Positions 12,576 through 24,855 are shown, counted from the first letter of the whole stretch. The stretch is 62,670 nt of DNA, filler included, from Dimargaris cristalligena (GCA_003614675.1; 6 parts of 6 records of this genome joined end to end with filler, not necessarily neighbours in it), one strand, 5' to 3'. The notes: generated by a model not told the origin, from the letters alone. Numbers and translations: made by a program.

Positions 12576-14432
12576 ATGGTCCATTTCCGTCTATTCATCG
12601 CCTCCGTATTGGCCTTGGGAGCTTTCCTTAACCCACCGGCCTCTGCCGAGCGTGTCCAAGACCCAATCAATATTTCGACACTGCCTGGTAACCACATCCA
12701 AAATATGCCCATGAAAAAGAAGTGTCCCCCCAAAGTTGCACCTCCAGTTCACGCCGAAGCCCACTACAACAACAGTCAGCCCATGACTGGGCCAATCGGT
12801 AGCCACATCCCTTATAACAGCAGTCCCGCTTCCGCGATTAATAGCGGCTCCGGGTCGAACCTGCAGCTCCGCGTAATTTTCACCAACGATATCCACGGCC
12901 GCGAAGACGAATTTAACCGCTTCGGCACGGACTGTGTGCCCGACGACTACCAAAACCAGACCTGCTACGGCGGTGTGGCCCGCATGAAGACGGTGTTTGA
13001 TTCGCTGCGGTCTGGCTTCAAGAACACCCTGCTATTCGATGCTGGCGACCAGTTCCAAGGTACCATGTTCTACAGTCACTTTAAAGGCAACTCCACCGCC
13101 CGCTTCATGAATGCTCTGGGCTACGATGGTATGGCCATCGGCAACCACGAGTTCGACGACGGCCCTTCGCACCTGGCCCGTTTCTTCGCCCAACTCAACT
13201 TTCCGGTGGTCTGCTCCAACCTGGACCTGACCGAAGCCCCCGACCTCGACCGGTGGGTCAAGCCCTACGTGCTCTTCCCCGAGTACGAACTGGCCATTGT
13301 GGGGTTCGTGACGGTCACTACCCAGTTTATTTCCAACCCGGGTCGCACGGTCAAGTTCCTGGACCCCGCCGAGTCGGTCCAGAAATACATTGACCTTTTA
13401 CGGGCCAAGGGCTACAAGCGATTCATCGCGTTGAGTCACAATGGGTACAAGCAGGACCAGGCATTAGCGGAACGCACCGAAGGGTTGGCCATGATCGTCG
13501 GTGGTCATAGTCATACCTACCTTTCCACTGACCACCCCAATGACCCCGACTCCAAGGGACCTTACCCTACCAAAGTGTTGAACCAGGGTGGGCGATACAC
13601 CTACATTGTGCAGGCCAAGAAGTTCGGGGAGTACATTGGCTACATTGATATGGAGCTCACGTCCGATGGAGACATGGCCTGGCTCGCGGGCCAGCCTATT
13701 CACATGACCACCGCCATCCCCAAGGACCCCTACTTCTCCCGCCAGGTGTCCCAGTGGCGCGAGTCGTTTGACCGCATCGGTGGTTTCTCCATTGGCGAAC
13801 TGGAGGTCGATTTGCCTCAGGAACCCTGCAAAGTGGGCGAATGTCTCCTGGGCAATATGGTCACCGATGCCATGCTGGAGGTGGGCCAGTTCTACAAGCC
13901 CCAGATTGCCCTCATGAATAGCGACGGTATGCGTAGTGGTATGCGCAAGGGCAATGTAACCATCAACCGACTCATTAACGTCTTGCCCAACGACAGTTAC
14001 CTCGTACACCTCAATATGACGGGTAAGGAAATTCGGGATACCTTGGTGGGCGCGGTCAATGAAATTCACCCCGTCGATCAGAAACCCGTCACCGTCTTTA
14101 TTCAGTTTGCGGGTCTCAAAATGGAATTTAATTTCCAGGCCAAAACGATCAAGTCCATCTCAGTGCGGGCCTCCCCCGCCCCAAGTAGTAGTAGTGGTAG
14201 CCAGAGTACGAATGATCCGGCGGCTAATGGCGACAGCCAGTGGGTACCCCTTGATGATGCGGCCACTTACAGTGTTATATCAACGGACTTTATTACCAAA
14301 GGGGGCGATCATCTCTTCGATAAACCCAGGCCCGCGACGAACATCACGAAAATGTACAACATGCTGTACGAATACGCGAAGATTCGGCCGCAGCTCCGAC
14401 CCCAGCTCGACCAACGTATGGTATCGGTCTAG
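12576..14432 (+). CDS. Secreted 5'-nucleotidase/apyrase (metallophosphoesterase plus 5'-nucleotidase C-terminal domain), single exon
   Basis: Signal peptide MVHFRLFIASVLALGAFL; motifs FTNDIHG, DAGDQFQGT, GNHEFD, GGHSH, LGNMVTDAM, NSDGMR. Confidence 0.93.
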   Translation: MVHFRLFIASVLALGAFLNPPASAERVQDPINISTLPGNHIQNMPMKKKCPPKVAPPVHAEAHYNNSQPMTGPIGSHIPYNSSPASAINSGSGSNLQLRVIFTNDIHGREDEFNRFGTDCVPDDYQNQTCYGGVARMKTVFDSLRSGFKNTLLFDAGDQFQGTMFYSHFKGNSTARFMNALGYDGMAIGNHEFDDGPSHLARFFAQLNFPVVCSNLDLTEAPDLDRWVKPYVLFPEYELAIVGFVTVTTQFISNPGRTVKFLDPAESVQKYIDLLRAKGYKRFIALSHNGYKQDQALAERTEGLAMIVGGHSHTYLSTDHPNDPDSKGPYPTKVLNQGGRYTYIVQAKKFGEYIGYIDMELTSDGDMAWLAGQPIHMTTAIPKDPYFSRQVSQWRESFDRIGGFSIGELEVDLPQEPCKVGECLLGNMVTDAMLEVGQFYKPQIALMNSDGMRSGMRKGNVTINRLINVLPNDSYLVHLNMTGKEIRDTLVGAVNEIHPVDQKPVTVFIQFAGLKMEFNFQAKTIKSISVRASPAPSSSSGSQSTNDPAANGDSQWVPLDDAATYSVISTDFITKGGDHLFDKPRPATNITKMYNMLYEYAKIRPQLRPQLDQRMVSV

Positions 14433-15000
14433 TGTGTATTTAAGCCCCCTCCCTTCCCCGCTTCTTTTAGACATACTCGATTGGCCCATGGAACCATCGG
14501 TTCTTGCGGTTGATCCAGTTTCATTTCATTTCCTTTTTATTCTAGTCTGGTTCCTTCCAGGCCCTGTTGATTAGGGCCGCCTGTATATATTGGTGTATAT
14601 AATTAAAATAAACGATTACGCTAACCAAATGTCATTACGGTTCATGGGTTGAAGAAAAGGGAGTGCTCTTATGGGGGCTTTTAGATGAAAACTTACAAAA
14701 TATATAGCATTTCAACTTAAGCACTATCACCCGGCTGACGGCCTCATTGGGTTACTTCACTTTGGCAAGAAGTAAAGTAGTAGGACCTTGAGGGACTGCC
14801 ACGAGTGAGCGACATCAGGCGATTCCATCCACCGATTGTCTCCCGCTAGTCGGCATTTTCGGCAACAGCCTCCAGAAGCAATTGAACCCCATCCGTCTTA
14901 CCCTTACCTGTAATACTGGGAACTTGGAGTTCGGTAGCCCGCCACATTCCCCACCATTCCACTCGTTTACTCCTCCTGTACGTATCTTACTCCGCCAGCC

Positions 15001-16857
15001 ATGGCGACTCCGGGCACGGAGACTCCGACCCCTAATGCCCAGCGACTTCTCAAGCGCTCCCTCACGGGGGCCTCTTACCTCGTGGTCCTCCAGCTCTTCT
15101 CGCGCCTATTGACGTTTATTCTCAATCAGGCCCTCCTCCGCTTTACCGACCCCCGCACCCTGGGGGTCGTGTCCATTCAACTGGAGCTACTGCTATCAAC
15201 GATTCTCTTTTTGTCTCGTGAAGGCGTGCGAGGTACCCTATTGCGCGGCATCGGTAACCGACAGGTCGCCCTGAACCTTTCGTTTGTACCCGTTTTAGCG
15301 GGCTTGGGGTTAACCCTGGTGGTCTGCGGTTACTATACCGGTTGGGCCGACCCCGCCTTGCATCGGCTACCGGGGTTTACTACCGCGATTAGCTTGTACG
15401 GCCTGGCGGCTTGTCTGGAACTTGTCACCGAGCCCCTCTTGATGCTTAGCCAGGTACATTTGATGTACCGGTTTCGGGTGGGTCTAGAGGGTCTGGCCGC
15501 GGTGGCGCGCTGTCTGGTGACTTGTGCGGTGACCATCAACGGCTATTACCGGACCAAGCCCGGCGATAACAACCCATACGGCATAACGGCGTTTGCGGTG
15601 GCCCAGCTGGTTTACTCATTGGTCACCGCACTGGGATTTGTTTTCTTCTTTACCCTCTTGAGCCCCCCCTCCCGTCTATCCGGGGTCCGCAATAGTGGGT
15701 GCATGTCTTCGCTAGCGAAGCGGGCGATTGCCCTGTCCGATTTATCAGCGGCCGATTTGGCCCAACTACCTTCATTAGACCAAATAATGCCCCGTCCCAT
15801 CGAAACCGACCCCGCCCAGCCCCTAGTCAATCGCTACCTTTCGCCACCCGTGCGCACATTGGCGCTTACCTTAACCAAACAGTCCCTGCTCAAACACTTC
15901 CTGACCGAAGGTGACAAACTGGCCATCGCTTGGTTGTGCGACTCTACCATGCAGGGAGTGTACGCTTTTGTGGGCAACTACGGTTCACTCATTGCACGTA
16001 TCCTCTTTCAGCCCCTAGAGGAAACCAGTCGCGCCCTGTTTAGTCGGCTTCTAGGCCCCCAGAGCGCCAGTCCGTTGGACGAGGCCGCTGAAACACAAGT
16101 CAGCCGACCGACCGAAGTTTCTCAGGAGCGCGCCCTTGCCCTCGAAACGGCCATCGATTATCTTGAAGGTCTGTTGCGCTTCCAAGCCCTACTAGGCCTG
16201 CTCTTTATGGGGTTTGCGACCAACTACACGGGAATGTTAATTGACCTATTGGTGGGTCCCCGGTGGTCCCACACCTCCGCCCCACTGGCCCTGGCCGTCT
16301 ATTGCCTTTACATTCCGATGATGGCCTACAACGGATTGACAGAAGGGTTTATTCAGTCGGTGGGCTCCAAGGCCGAACTCGAAGCCCTTAGTCAGGCCAT
16401 GGTAGGCTTCTCAGCCGCTTTTTTGGGGACAGCCTGGCTGTTAATCGATGTAGCCGATTTAGGTACCGTTGGCCTTATTGTCGCCAACATGGTGAATATG
16501 GGCCTGCGAATCATCTACGCGACCAGATTCATAGATTCCTACTGTGAACACTCTCAAGTCTGCGAGGAAAAAGGGAAGGTCGGAAGTAAAGGGAGGGACC
16601 CCCACCATAAAGTCGGGGTCCGGGTGAACTGGGCCAGCCTGTGGCCGAATCAGGCGACGCTGGCTCTTTTCGCCTTGTCGTGGACAATCACTTTTTACTC
16701 CAATCGGGTGAATGGCTGGTCCACTTGGTCCGCGAAAATAGTCCATGGAAGTGTAGGGGCTGCTTGCGTTGTAGCCACTGCTGCGACCGTCTATGTCTTT
16801 GACCCTAAGACTAAGCTGACTATCCTCCGCCTCTTGGTAAAACGCAAGAAGGACTAG
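15001..16857 (+). CDS. RFT1: Man5GlcNAc2-PP-dolichol translocation protein Rft1
   Basis: LQLFSRLLTFILNQ, QLELLLSTILFLSREGVR, QSLLKHFLTEGDK, NYGSLIARILFQPLEE, NGLTEGF; multi-TM. Confidence 0.95.
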   Translation: MATPGTETPTPNAQRLLKRSLTGASYLVVLQLFSRLLTFILNQALLRFTDPRTLGVVSIQLELLLSTILFLSREGVRGTLLRGIGNRQVALNLSFVPVLAGLGLTLVVCGYYTGWADPALHRLPGFTTAISLYGLAACLELVTEPLLMLSQVHLMYRFRVGLEGLAAVARCLVTCAVTINGYYRTKPGDNNPYGITAFAVAQLVYSLVTALGFVFFFTLLSPPSRLSGVRNSGCMSSLAKRAIALSDLSAADLAQLPSLDQIMPRPIETDPAQPLVNRYLSPPVRTLALTLTKQSLLKHFLTEGDKLAIAWLCDSTMQGVYAFVGNYGSLIARILFQPLEETSRALFSRLLGPQSASPLDEAAETQVSRPTEVSQERALALETAIDYLEGLLRFQALLGLLFMGFATNYTGMLIDLLVGPRWSHTSAPLALAVYCLYIPMMAYNGLTEGFIQSVGSKAELEALSQAMVGFSAAFLGTAWLLIDVADLGTVGLIVANMVNMGLRIIYATRFIDSYCEHSQVCEEKGKVGSKGRDPHHKVGVRVNWASLWPNQATLALFALSWTITFYSNRVNGWSTWSAKIVHGSVGAACVVATAATVYVFDPKTKLTILRLLVKRKKD

Positions 16858-18035
16858 TTATAGGGGACTGTGTGGCCGTGTGGCATAAGCCCCGATATTT
16901 GAACATAAATATAGGGGGGGTCAATTGTGTAAAATGGATGCTAGGTAGGCCTACTATAACTGTCCCTATTTATACCAAATAGCCTTATAATAAAGCTACG
17001 GCAAGAGACCCTAATAGTGCGCGTCAAGTAGCTCTATAGTCCGATATTTGATACTGATATTTTGGAATTGGCGACAGTGGGTTGTTGCTAGAGTGTTGTT
17101 AGGCCTGTTCCTAAGTGAAGCTGCGAAAATAGGAAGGGCCTAGGGGATGGCTAATGGTGGCAAAGTTTCTCTATGTCCTTATTAGCGAGCAGTTATCGTC
17201 ATATATCAGAAGAGTTGGAGTACCCACATGCTTGCTTGGACACCCCTATTCCGTTAACTAATTCCAGCTTATGTGAATAAGAAGTTGACCTAACTTTACA
17301 CCCAGTGCCAGGCCTCTAAATTGAGAGGGGTGGGGGTTGATAAAATCCTTCAGCCAACTGGTTAAATATTGGGGCCAATGTAGTATTTAACAAGTAAATG
17401 GGGGACAGTGAGAGGGCCCCCAACACAAATTTCCTAGCGCTGCTAAACGAATAGCCAAACTCGTTTGAATGAAGGTTAATATGGTTCTACGATTGCAAGG
17501 GACCCTGGCGGACCCACTCAATAAAGTGAGTAAACGGGCGCTTAATAGATTATGCAGAGGCAGCTTGGCTATATGGGCCCTTTTTTGGTCAATGGCACCC
17601 GATCCTACTCAGGGCCCGTTCGATATTACCGAAAAGAGGATGCAAAGCCCTCCTTTCCCACCTCTTCTCGCCACAATTTTTTTAATCAATGTCCCAGTTA
17701 GTTTCCCACAAAGGTGAAGTATCTGCTGGTGGTAGGAACTGACTTACTACCTGCATCAAAGCACTGCTGAAATGCGTTCCCATATAATCATAATGAACCT
17801 CTGTGACTCTACAATACATAAATATATATATATGCCTGCTTAGCAAACCATCACCCACCTCACTGTTCTGAACTATTCCCTTGTTGTAATAATTACAAAG
17901 ACCGCCTATTAACTATTGATACTATCCATAGCCATACCCTCACTTGAGCCTACCCCTTCTTTTAAATTTATGACCCAAACCCTGTGCACCTTGGGCATCC
18001 CTTTTTTGCCTTGTTGAAAGTCCGGCATTGTCATC

Positions 18036-19541
18036 ATGAAGGTTGCGAATAGCATCTTCGCGCTTGCTTTTGCTTCGGCCAGGATTCCCCCGACTATATC
18101 GATGCCGTCCTACCAAGCTACCCCCGAAGCCGCAAACAGGCTTCCCAAGGAAGTACAGCTGATTATAGGGAAATATGCCGACGGGGTTACGCGCACACAA
18201 CTCGCGCAAACCAATCACAACTGGAAGGATAATATCTATAAGTCGGCAGTGGAATCTGTAAGTGTTTTATTCCCCATTCCGCATGGGCCGTTTTATTTAA
18301 ACATCGCAATTTTGGAGACCTGTATATATTGTGGAAAGATATTCCGTTCCCGTATGGGATATAAACTTGCAATTCGGGATTTGAGCCCTTGGGTCGATCC
18401 ACTTAATTTTTCGGCCAAATCCTAAACTAACCATGTCATAAAACTGAACCTTGACACGTTGTTAAACATGAAGGCCGTCCATTTAGCCGAATCTCTAGCA
18501 AAAAGTATCCAGTACTTCGGAGCCATTGCGAGCCCAGGAGATCACCCTATTATTGATAAGTATATTAAAGATGACGTTAACAACGCCGGAATCGAAGTCG
18601 CCGACGCCTGGATGGCGCTATTTAAACAGGAAACCATTTTCGAATTAGTCAACCGCATAGCTTACGGATTAGAGAATCCCGACGGTTTAACGCGTTACGC
18701 AAACCTTCTCCCTTGGGCCCACAAAACCGCCCCCGTCACCGAAGTTCTACTCGTCGAGAATCTGGAAAAGGAGACGTTGGCCGTCAATTTTCCCATTCTG
18801 GCCGTTGCCACAACTAGCGGAGCGGTAGAGTTTGCCAGCTATTTGCGGGCGTTTTTTCATGGCACAAACTCCCAAGTAATCAACCGGGCTATAGCTACAA
18901 AATTTTCCGTCCAGTACCAAGTCACTATCCGTAGCATATTCAGCCCGGTACTAAGCCATATTTTCCGAGCCAGTATGTACCATGTAACGTGGTACCTGTA
19001 CAAGTACGCCCCTTTCCCGAAGGTGCGCGATTTCTTTGAGAATGCACTACATATAGATAATACTAAGGACATTTCAAGCAATGATGAGCAGAGCCGAAAT
19101 GCCCGCTTAGCGCTCGTTTTGGCCGCTCACAAGTTTTTAGCCACAGTGGATACGGAGATGCGGGAGATTATTCGTGGTGAAATCGCCTATTTCAATCAAA
19201 TGGCCAAATGGCCAAGTTCGCTCAATGAGGAAAAAGAAGACTATCTGGACTGTCTACTCCACTACGAACTGCATAATGCACGCCAGGTCCTCATTCAACA
19301 ATGGGATCCAAGGAAACAACTAGCGGGACTGATTGCGAAAGAAGATCCGGATATTGATATTAACGAATGCTACACCCTCCTGTACCATCCTGGTCGGGTC
19401 AACTTCTGGGAGGATGACGGCTTCGGTATTAACGTAATCCAATCCCTGTTGTGGCAGTCCCCTGATATTCGGTATACCTTTCAAGATGAGCAAAAAAAGG
19501 GACCTCTCCCCCAGCTACCTAATGCTCCTGCCAATACCTAA
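18036..19541 (+). CDS. Orphan putative secreted protein with N-terminal F-box-like motif; exons 18036-18257, 18474-19541 (~429 aa)
   Basis: GTAAGT donor at 18258, ACTAAC branch at ~18426 and AAG acceptor at 18473 join the 18036 and 18459 ORFs in phase 0; hydrophobic N-terminus; RLPKEVQLIIGKYADGVTRTQLAQTNHNWKD resembles an F-box. Confidence 0.7.
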
Positions 19542-20848
19542 AGATGATTGTTGCTCTATACAACGGCTCTAAGGGTCTCGTACCACGTCTTTTTTATATC
19601 AGTGACGCTTCAACGTGTCACTGATATTATTTTATTTTGAATGAGTCAACTTTGGTTTTTTATGAATGTATTACCTGCCATCGCGGCGCCTCTCAATATG
19701 TTATTCAAACCACCTTCCTTACCCGAACTATTGGGCGTGTTATAAGTTAAATTCCTAGTAAACGTTTGAAATGCCTATGTTATGAATTAACATCCTTAGG
19801 AGTACTTAAAGAAAGATTTCTAGATATGTATTATAATAAGATGTATACATTAGAATGGCGATATAAATTTAGCAAGTAAGTCAGTGCCGCTTAGGTTTAT
19901 CTACACAATTAAATCGAGACATCTTACCTCAGTTGTCACCTAAATTCAATATCATCATGTCTTTGCACCCACCCCACAGCAACACTGGTGTCATGGTGAC
20001 GAATTACTCAACCCCGCCGGTCCTCGATGGATATCTCAGATCTCTCTCTATTGTCAATTTGAAGGCTCTTCCAGATACCAATAGATTACCTCCAACGCAG
20101 CTATTTATATTACAAGGCAGCTATCTGAAATTTTTCTCGAGTATAGCTGCCCCGCTGGGATACAACCTTTTCATTTATTATGTGATACCCATAAAATTTT
20201 ACTCGGAAATTTATAATAAACCCACCCCCGTTAGCACCCAACACTATGGTGTCCATACATTGCTATACTACATGCCCCCTATCGATATGCCCAGGTTGAG
20301 ATGATCCCCGGTGCTGGATTCTTAGAAAACATACCAATGTGTATTTAGATTCGGTATTCGGATGACTGGCCACTGCGCCCGGATTAAATCTGGTTTTTAT
20401 ATACTACTACATTTGCAGTATTCTTTTTAAATATGTCTCTATCGATGGCCTATTTACACGCCCGCTCATAACAAAAAGCAACAAGCTGTTTCAACAATAG
20501 TAGTTACGGCATGGCCGTCTAATACAATTATAATGTTCGAAATGGAGACCATTAGGGCCACATTTTCTTATGCAAACCCGCAATACAAAAAAAGACTGCC
20601 AGTCCCTTGCTAATTCTTGGGGAGGGTGGGGTGAACAGCCGGGTTAGTTACATCTGCCACATAATCACTAGTGTCAAAAAAAGGCCATATAGTCCTTACC
20701 AGAGCTAGTATAACAGTTCAGCAAGATGAGTAAATTTTCACCCATTGGTGGCTATTCAGGCTAGTATCTCCCAACATTTTTATATTATAGGACATTCCTT
20801 TTGTTCATTATTCCAATACCAATGAATTTAGGTCACTGTACCCTATTT

Positions 20849-20948
20849 NNNNNNNNNNNNNNNNNNNNNNNNNNNNNNNNNNNNNNNNNNNNTTAATTAA
20901 TTAANNNNNNNNNNNNNNNNNNNNNNNNNNNNNNNNNNNNNNNNNNNN
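20849..20948. other. Artificial contig linker
   Basis: N-TTAATTAATTAA-N spacer. Confidence 0.98.
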
Positions 20949-23316
20949 CTGGTGGCAGAAGATGGGAGGTTCACGGAGTGGGATGAGACCAGGGCAGAAT
21001 TGGGCATTGACATAGTGGGGTTTCGGAGGGGGTGGGTGGTCAGTGGATTGAACGGAGGATGGGAGGAGGATATAATGAGTGTCACAAGAGTTTTTATTGA
21101 AAATAAATATAAGAAATGGTGGTGTTAAATAATAAGAAATAATCAATAAAAAAATTAGGACTGAGTTCAAGGAATCATGGAATTTGAGTTTGAAATAAGA
21201 TGAGTGATGATTGATTCCTCTAACAAGTGGGAATTTGCTGGTTACTTATATAGCCATCCCAAGGGCCTTAGGGGCTGCTAGGTGCAAGAAAAAGGATGTA
21301 GAGAAAGGTCAAGAAATGGAACAAGATGGAATAACCGGGAATCCACCAAAAAATAGGTCGGACTTTTAGAAGCAAGGAAAAAACGGTGGGCTTTTTAATG
21401 CAAACCGCGAGTATAAAGGAATGAATAATATTTTTGTTAGCTTTTGTGTATGCCACAGTGTAGGCGGTATATATATATTCATGGGTAAATGGTGGGAGTG
21501 ATACTGCTATTGCATGTCATGGCATATTCTGCCCTCTGACAATGAGGACTGGCTGCCCATAGTCTGGGGATAAGTGCCGACCTCCGGATGGCACTACATA
21601 TACACAAACTCCAACAATAAGAGTAAAAGATGGGATATGTGGTTTTTACCAAGACTGCCGGCCTCACCAAACGGATGGTTTGTTGCACTATCCGGCTGAG
21701 CCTCTCCCATATACTCTCCATTCCCAACTTTTCTGCCTAGTCTGTAACATCACTGTTATTATTCCCCAAGTCAGGGTTGAGCGGATTTCTTGCAGGTCTC
21801 CCAACCCAGGCCACTTATAGGTAACCAATCTATTACGTATTTCCTTTGAATTGCCACTTTGCTATTTTTGCAGGAATGGCCATTTTTGGGGTATATACGT
21901 AGGTACTGGTTTTGGAAAATAATATATTCTTGTTGAACTGGTGTTGCGTACTGACCTGGATATCTAGTAAATTTATTTCTAGCCGATGGTAAATCACCTA
22001 AACCCCCCAAAATACCCAAGGCTCGTGGTACATATTCTGGCAAGGCAGACCATTGCTATAGCTAAATCTAATTGTAAGATCCATTGAAAGCTATGTCTTT
22101 CACCTCGATTTTTAATTGTTTTCGAATACATGGTGTACTCAATGGTCCACGCATGAACCTATCGAGCTTAACAACAGCTTATCAAGGATGGCCAGGTGCT
22201 TATTCATTTCAACCGAGACGCTGGCATTTTAAACTGTAATCAAATAGCATTTTTCGAATTTCAATAAAAGGGACTATAGTCCGCTCTATACAATCCTATT
22301 TTATGCCACAACCCTCACGATTCCCATTGGGATACGTATTTGAAGCTCTATTGTATATTTGGTAACATATTATAGTAGAGAATAGTCACAATCACTGCCG
22401 TATAGAAGTTTACTCCCCGACCATTAGATTTCGCCTAATCGGGCCATGGCCTTTACCCGCCCTTACAGCACTATCGTAGCCCTTCATCCACCAGGGGTTG
22501 TCCTTTTTGACCACCGTAGAGTCGGGCTGTGATATAGTAAAATGGGTCCTATTCATGCCCATCCATGGACCCTTTTTCCATGTCCTCTTCCAAACCCCAG
22601 TTCTACAATTGGTCGACCCTTTAGAGGACATAAGTAACGTATTGTTTTCTGTGATGGAAACCTGTAAGGTTAGCTGGCTCATTATCCAATAGACTATCAA
22701 ACGCCGACAGCTTTATCCCGGAATTTAACCCATGGCTCCATTTTTTTTTTGCTGCTCCAAAGTTGGGCTACCCTTTCATCGGCAAAATCTCGATGTCGTT
22801 TTTACGATGGGTAGGTCCAAGGCGCTTAGTGACGTACACAGTTTCGCTGAAATCAAGTGTAGACTTTCACTCGGGGGAATTTTGGCCAAGGTACGTAACA
22901 ACCAATAGGCCTTTTATTTCCTTTACAACCAATCCATAATGCCCTTCCCCAGCACCATAAAGGCGCCGCCGCCTTTGCACTATTGAAATTTCAACAGGAA
23001 GTGCATCTATGCTGTACTACTGGTGATCCTCGTATTTACCCCTTCAACCAGCACAAATGGCATATGCGGAAAAGAGCCCAAGAAGAGTGATAGGTATTTT
23101 TAATACAACTGAATACATAATTTTTTTTCGATAACTCTTGAAGTCAACATAGAAACAATAACTTAGTAATCCAGCGGTGTCTAATGCTAGTCAGCCGATA
23201 GGCCTAGAATCACTAGGGCACAGGCCAGGGTTGACGAAGGTCCAAAGGGGAGAAAACAAGGGCGACAGTGGGATAATCAAATATATATATATATATATAA
23301 TATAAAAAACAACTGT

Positions 23317-24855
23317 TTACTCGGCCAGCAGGGACTTGCCAGTCATTTCTTCGGGGATAGACAGCCCCATGTAGTCCAAGATAGTGGGGGCAACGTCGCA
23401 TAGAGCAGCGTCGCTGGTATCGGCCTTGAAGTGACGCTTAGTGCTAGTCATCACCAGCGGCACTTGGTTGGTAGTGTGGGCTGTATGGGGATGGCCATCT
23501 TCACTTTGCATCTTTTCGGCATTACCGTGGTCAGCAGTCACGAAGAGAGTGTAACCATGCTTCTTGCAGGCCTTGTAGATAACGCCAATGGCGCTATCGG
23601 TGGCCTCCACCCCCTTGATGGCGGCGTCGTAGACACCGGTGTGGCCAACCATATCGGGAGGCGCGAAGTTGCACATGACGAAGGGGAACTTGCCGGAGGC
23701 TACTTCTTCGGCCACCTTTTCGCCCACATCCTTGGCGCTCATTTCAGGTTGAAGATCGTAAGTGGCCACTCGGGGGGACGGGATCAAGTCGCGGTGCTCC
23801 ATGGGGAACTGGGCCTCGGTACCACCGTTAAAGAAGAAGGTAACGTGGGCGTATTTCTCGGTTTCGGCCACGTGGCACTGGGGCACTTGGAGGTGACCCA
23901 ACCACTCGGCCAGGACGTTCTTCATGCTGTGCGGGGGGAAGGCAATATTAAAGGGGAAATCGGCTTTGTAGCGGGTCATGGTGGTGATGTTAAGGTTCTT
24001 GGGGACGGGGGAGTCAAAGGGGGTGGGCTCGATACCGAAAGCCTGGGTGATTTCGCGCATGCGGTCGGAGCGGAAGTCAAAGAAGAACAGGGTATCTTCA
24101 TCCTTGATCTGGCCGTCGCGGTTCACCACGATGGGCTTAAGGAACTCATCGGTCTGGTCCTGGGCATAGCGGGCCTCGATGGTGGCAACGGGGTCGTCGG
24201 AGAACTCGCCCTTGGCCTGAGTCAGGCCGTCGAAGGCGATCTGAATCCGCTCCCAGCGCTTGTCGCGGTCCATGGCGTAGTAGCGACCTACAATGGTGGC
24301 CAGCTTACCGTAGTTGAGCTGCTGCATAAAGTCGAGCAGCTCACGCAGGTACTTAGTGGCGGAGCGGGGCGCGGTGTCGCGGCCGTCACCAAAGAAGTGA
24401 ACATAGGTCTCGGGGACGCCGAGTTCCTTGGCGGCTTCTAACAGACCAAACAGGTGCTTGATGTGGGCATGCACACCACCATCGGACACCAGCCCCAGGA
24501 GGTGCAGGCGACCGCTGGTGTTTTTGGCGTGTTCGAAGGAGGCGCGAATGTTAGGGGTGGTGGCGAACTGCTTGCGCTTGAGGGCCAGGTCAATGCGGAC
24601 AATGTCCTGGTAAACGACGCGACCGGCACCGATGTTAAGGTGGCCCACCTCGGAGTTGCCCATCAGACCCTCCGGGAGACCGACGGCATTACCGTGGGCG
24701 TCGAGCTTGGCGAAAGGGTAGTGGGACTCGAAATTGTCCATGACGGGGGTGTCGGCGTTTGCAATGGCATCGCCCTTGGTGTCGGGCTGCGGGTTGATAC
24801 CCCAACCGTCGATCACAACGAGGCAGGTCGGGCTAGTGGGCTGAGCGGCAGGCAT
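23317..24855 (-). CDS. gpmI: 2,3-bisphosphoglycerate-independent phosphoglycerate mutase, single exon
   Basis: LVVIDGWG, GLMGNSEVGHLNIGAGR, SDGGVH, GRYYAMDRDKRW, AETEKYAHVTFFFNGG, PDMVGHTG, TADHGNAE. Confidence 0.97.
   Translation of the reverse strand: MPAAQPTSPTCLVVIDGWGINPQPDTKGDAIANADTPVMDNFESHYPFAKLDAHGNAVGLPEGLMGNSEVGHLNIGAGRVVYQDIVRIDLALKRKQFATTPNIRASFEHAKNTSGRLHLLGLVSDGGVHAHIKHLFGLLEAAKELGVPETYVHFFGDGRDTAPRSATKYLRELLDFMQQLNYGKLATIVGRYYAMDRDKRWERIQIAFDGLTQAKGEFSDDPVATIEARYAQDQTDEFLKPIVVNRDGQIKDEDTLFFFDFRSDRMREITQAFGIEPTPFDSPVPKNLNITTMTRYKADFPFNIAFPPHSMKNVLAEWLGHLQVPQCHVAETEKYAHVTFFFNGGTEAQFPMEHRDLIPSPRVATYDLQPEMSAKDVGEKVAEEVASGKFPFVMCNFAPPDMVGHTGVYDAAIKGVEATDSAIGVIYKACKKHGYTLFVTADHGNAEKMQSEDGHPHTAHTTNQVPLVMTSTKRHFKADTSDAALCDVAPTILDYMGLSIPEEMTGKSLLAE

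Noticed and set aside
21479..22700. Short ORF fragments that might be a pseudogene
   Set aside because: No recognisable motifs or consistent frame.
23317..24855. Intronless gpmI as a bacterial horizontal transfer
   Set aside because: iPGM is widespread in fungi, and its codon usage matches native highly expressed genes here.
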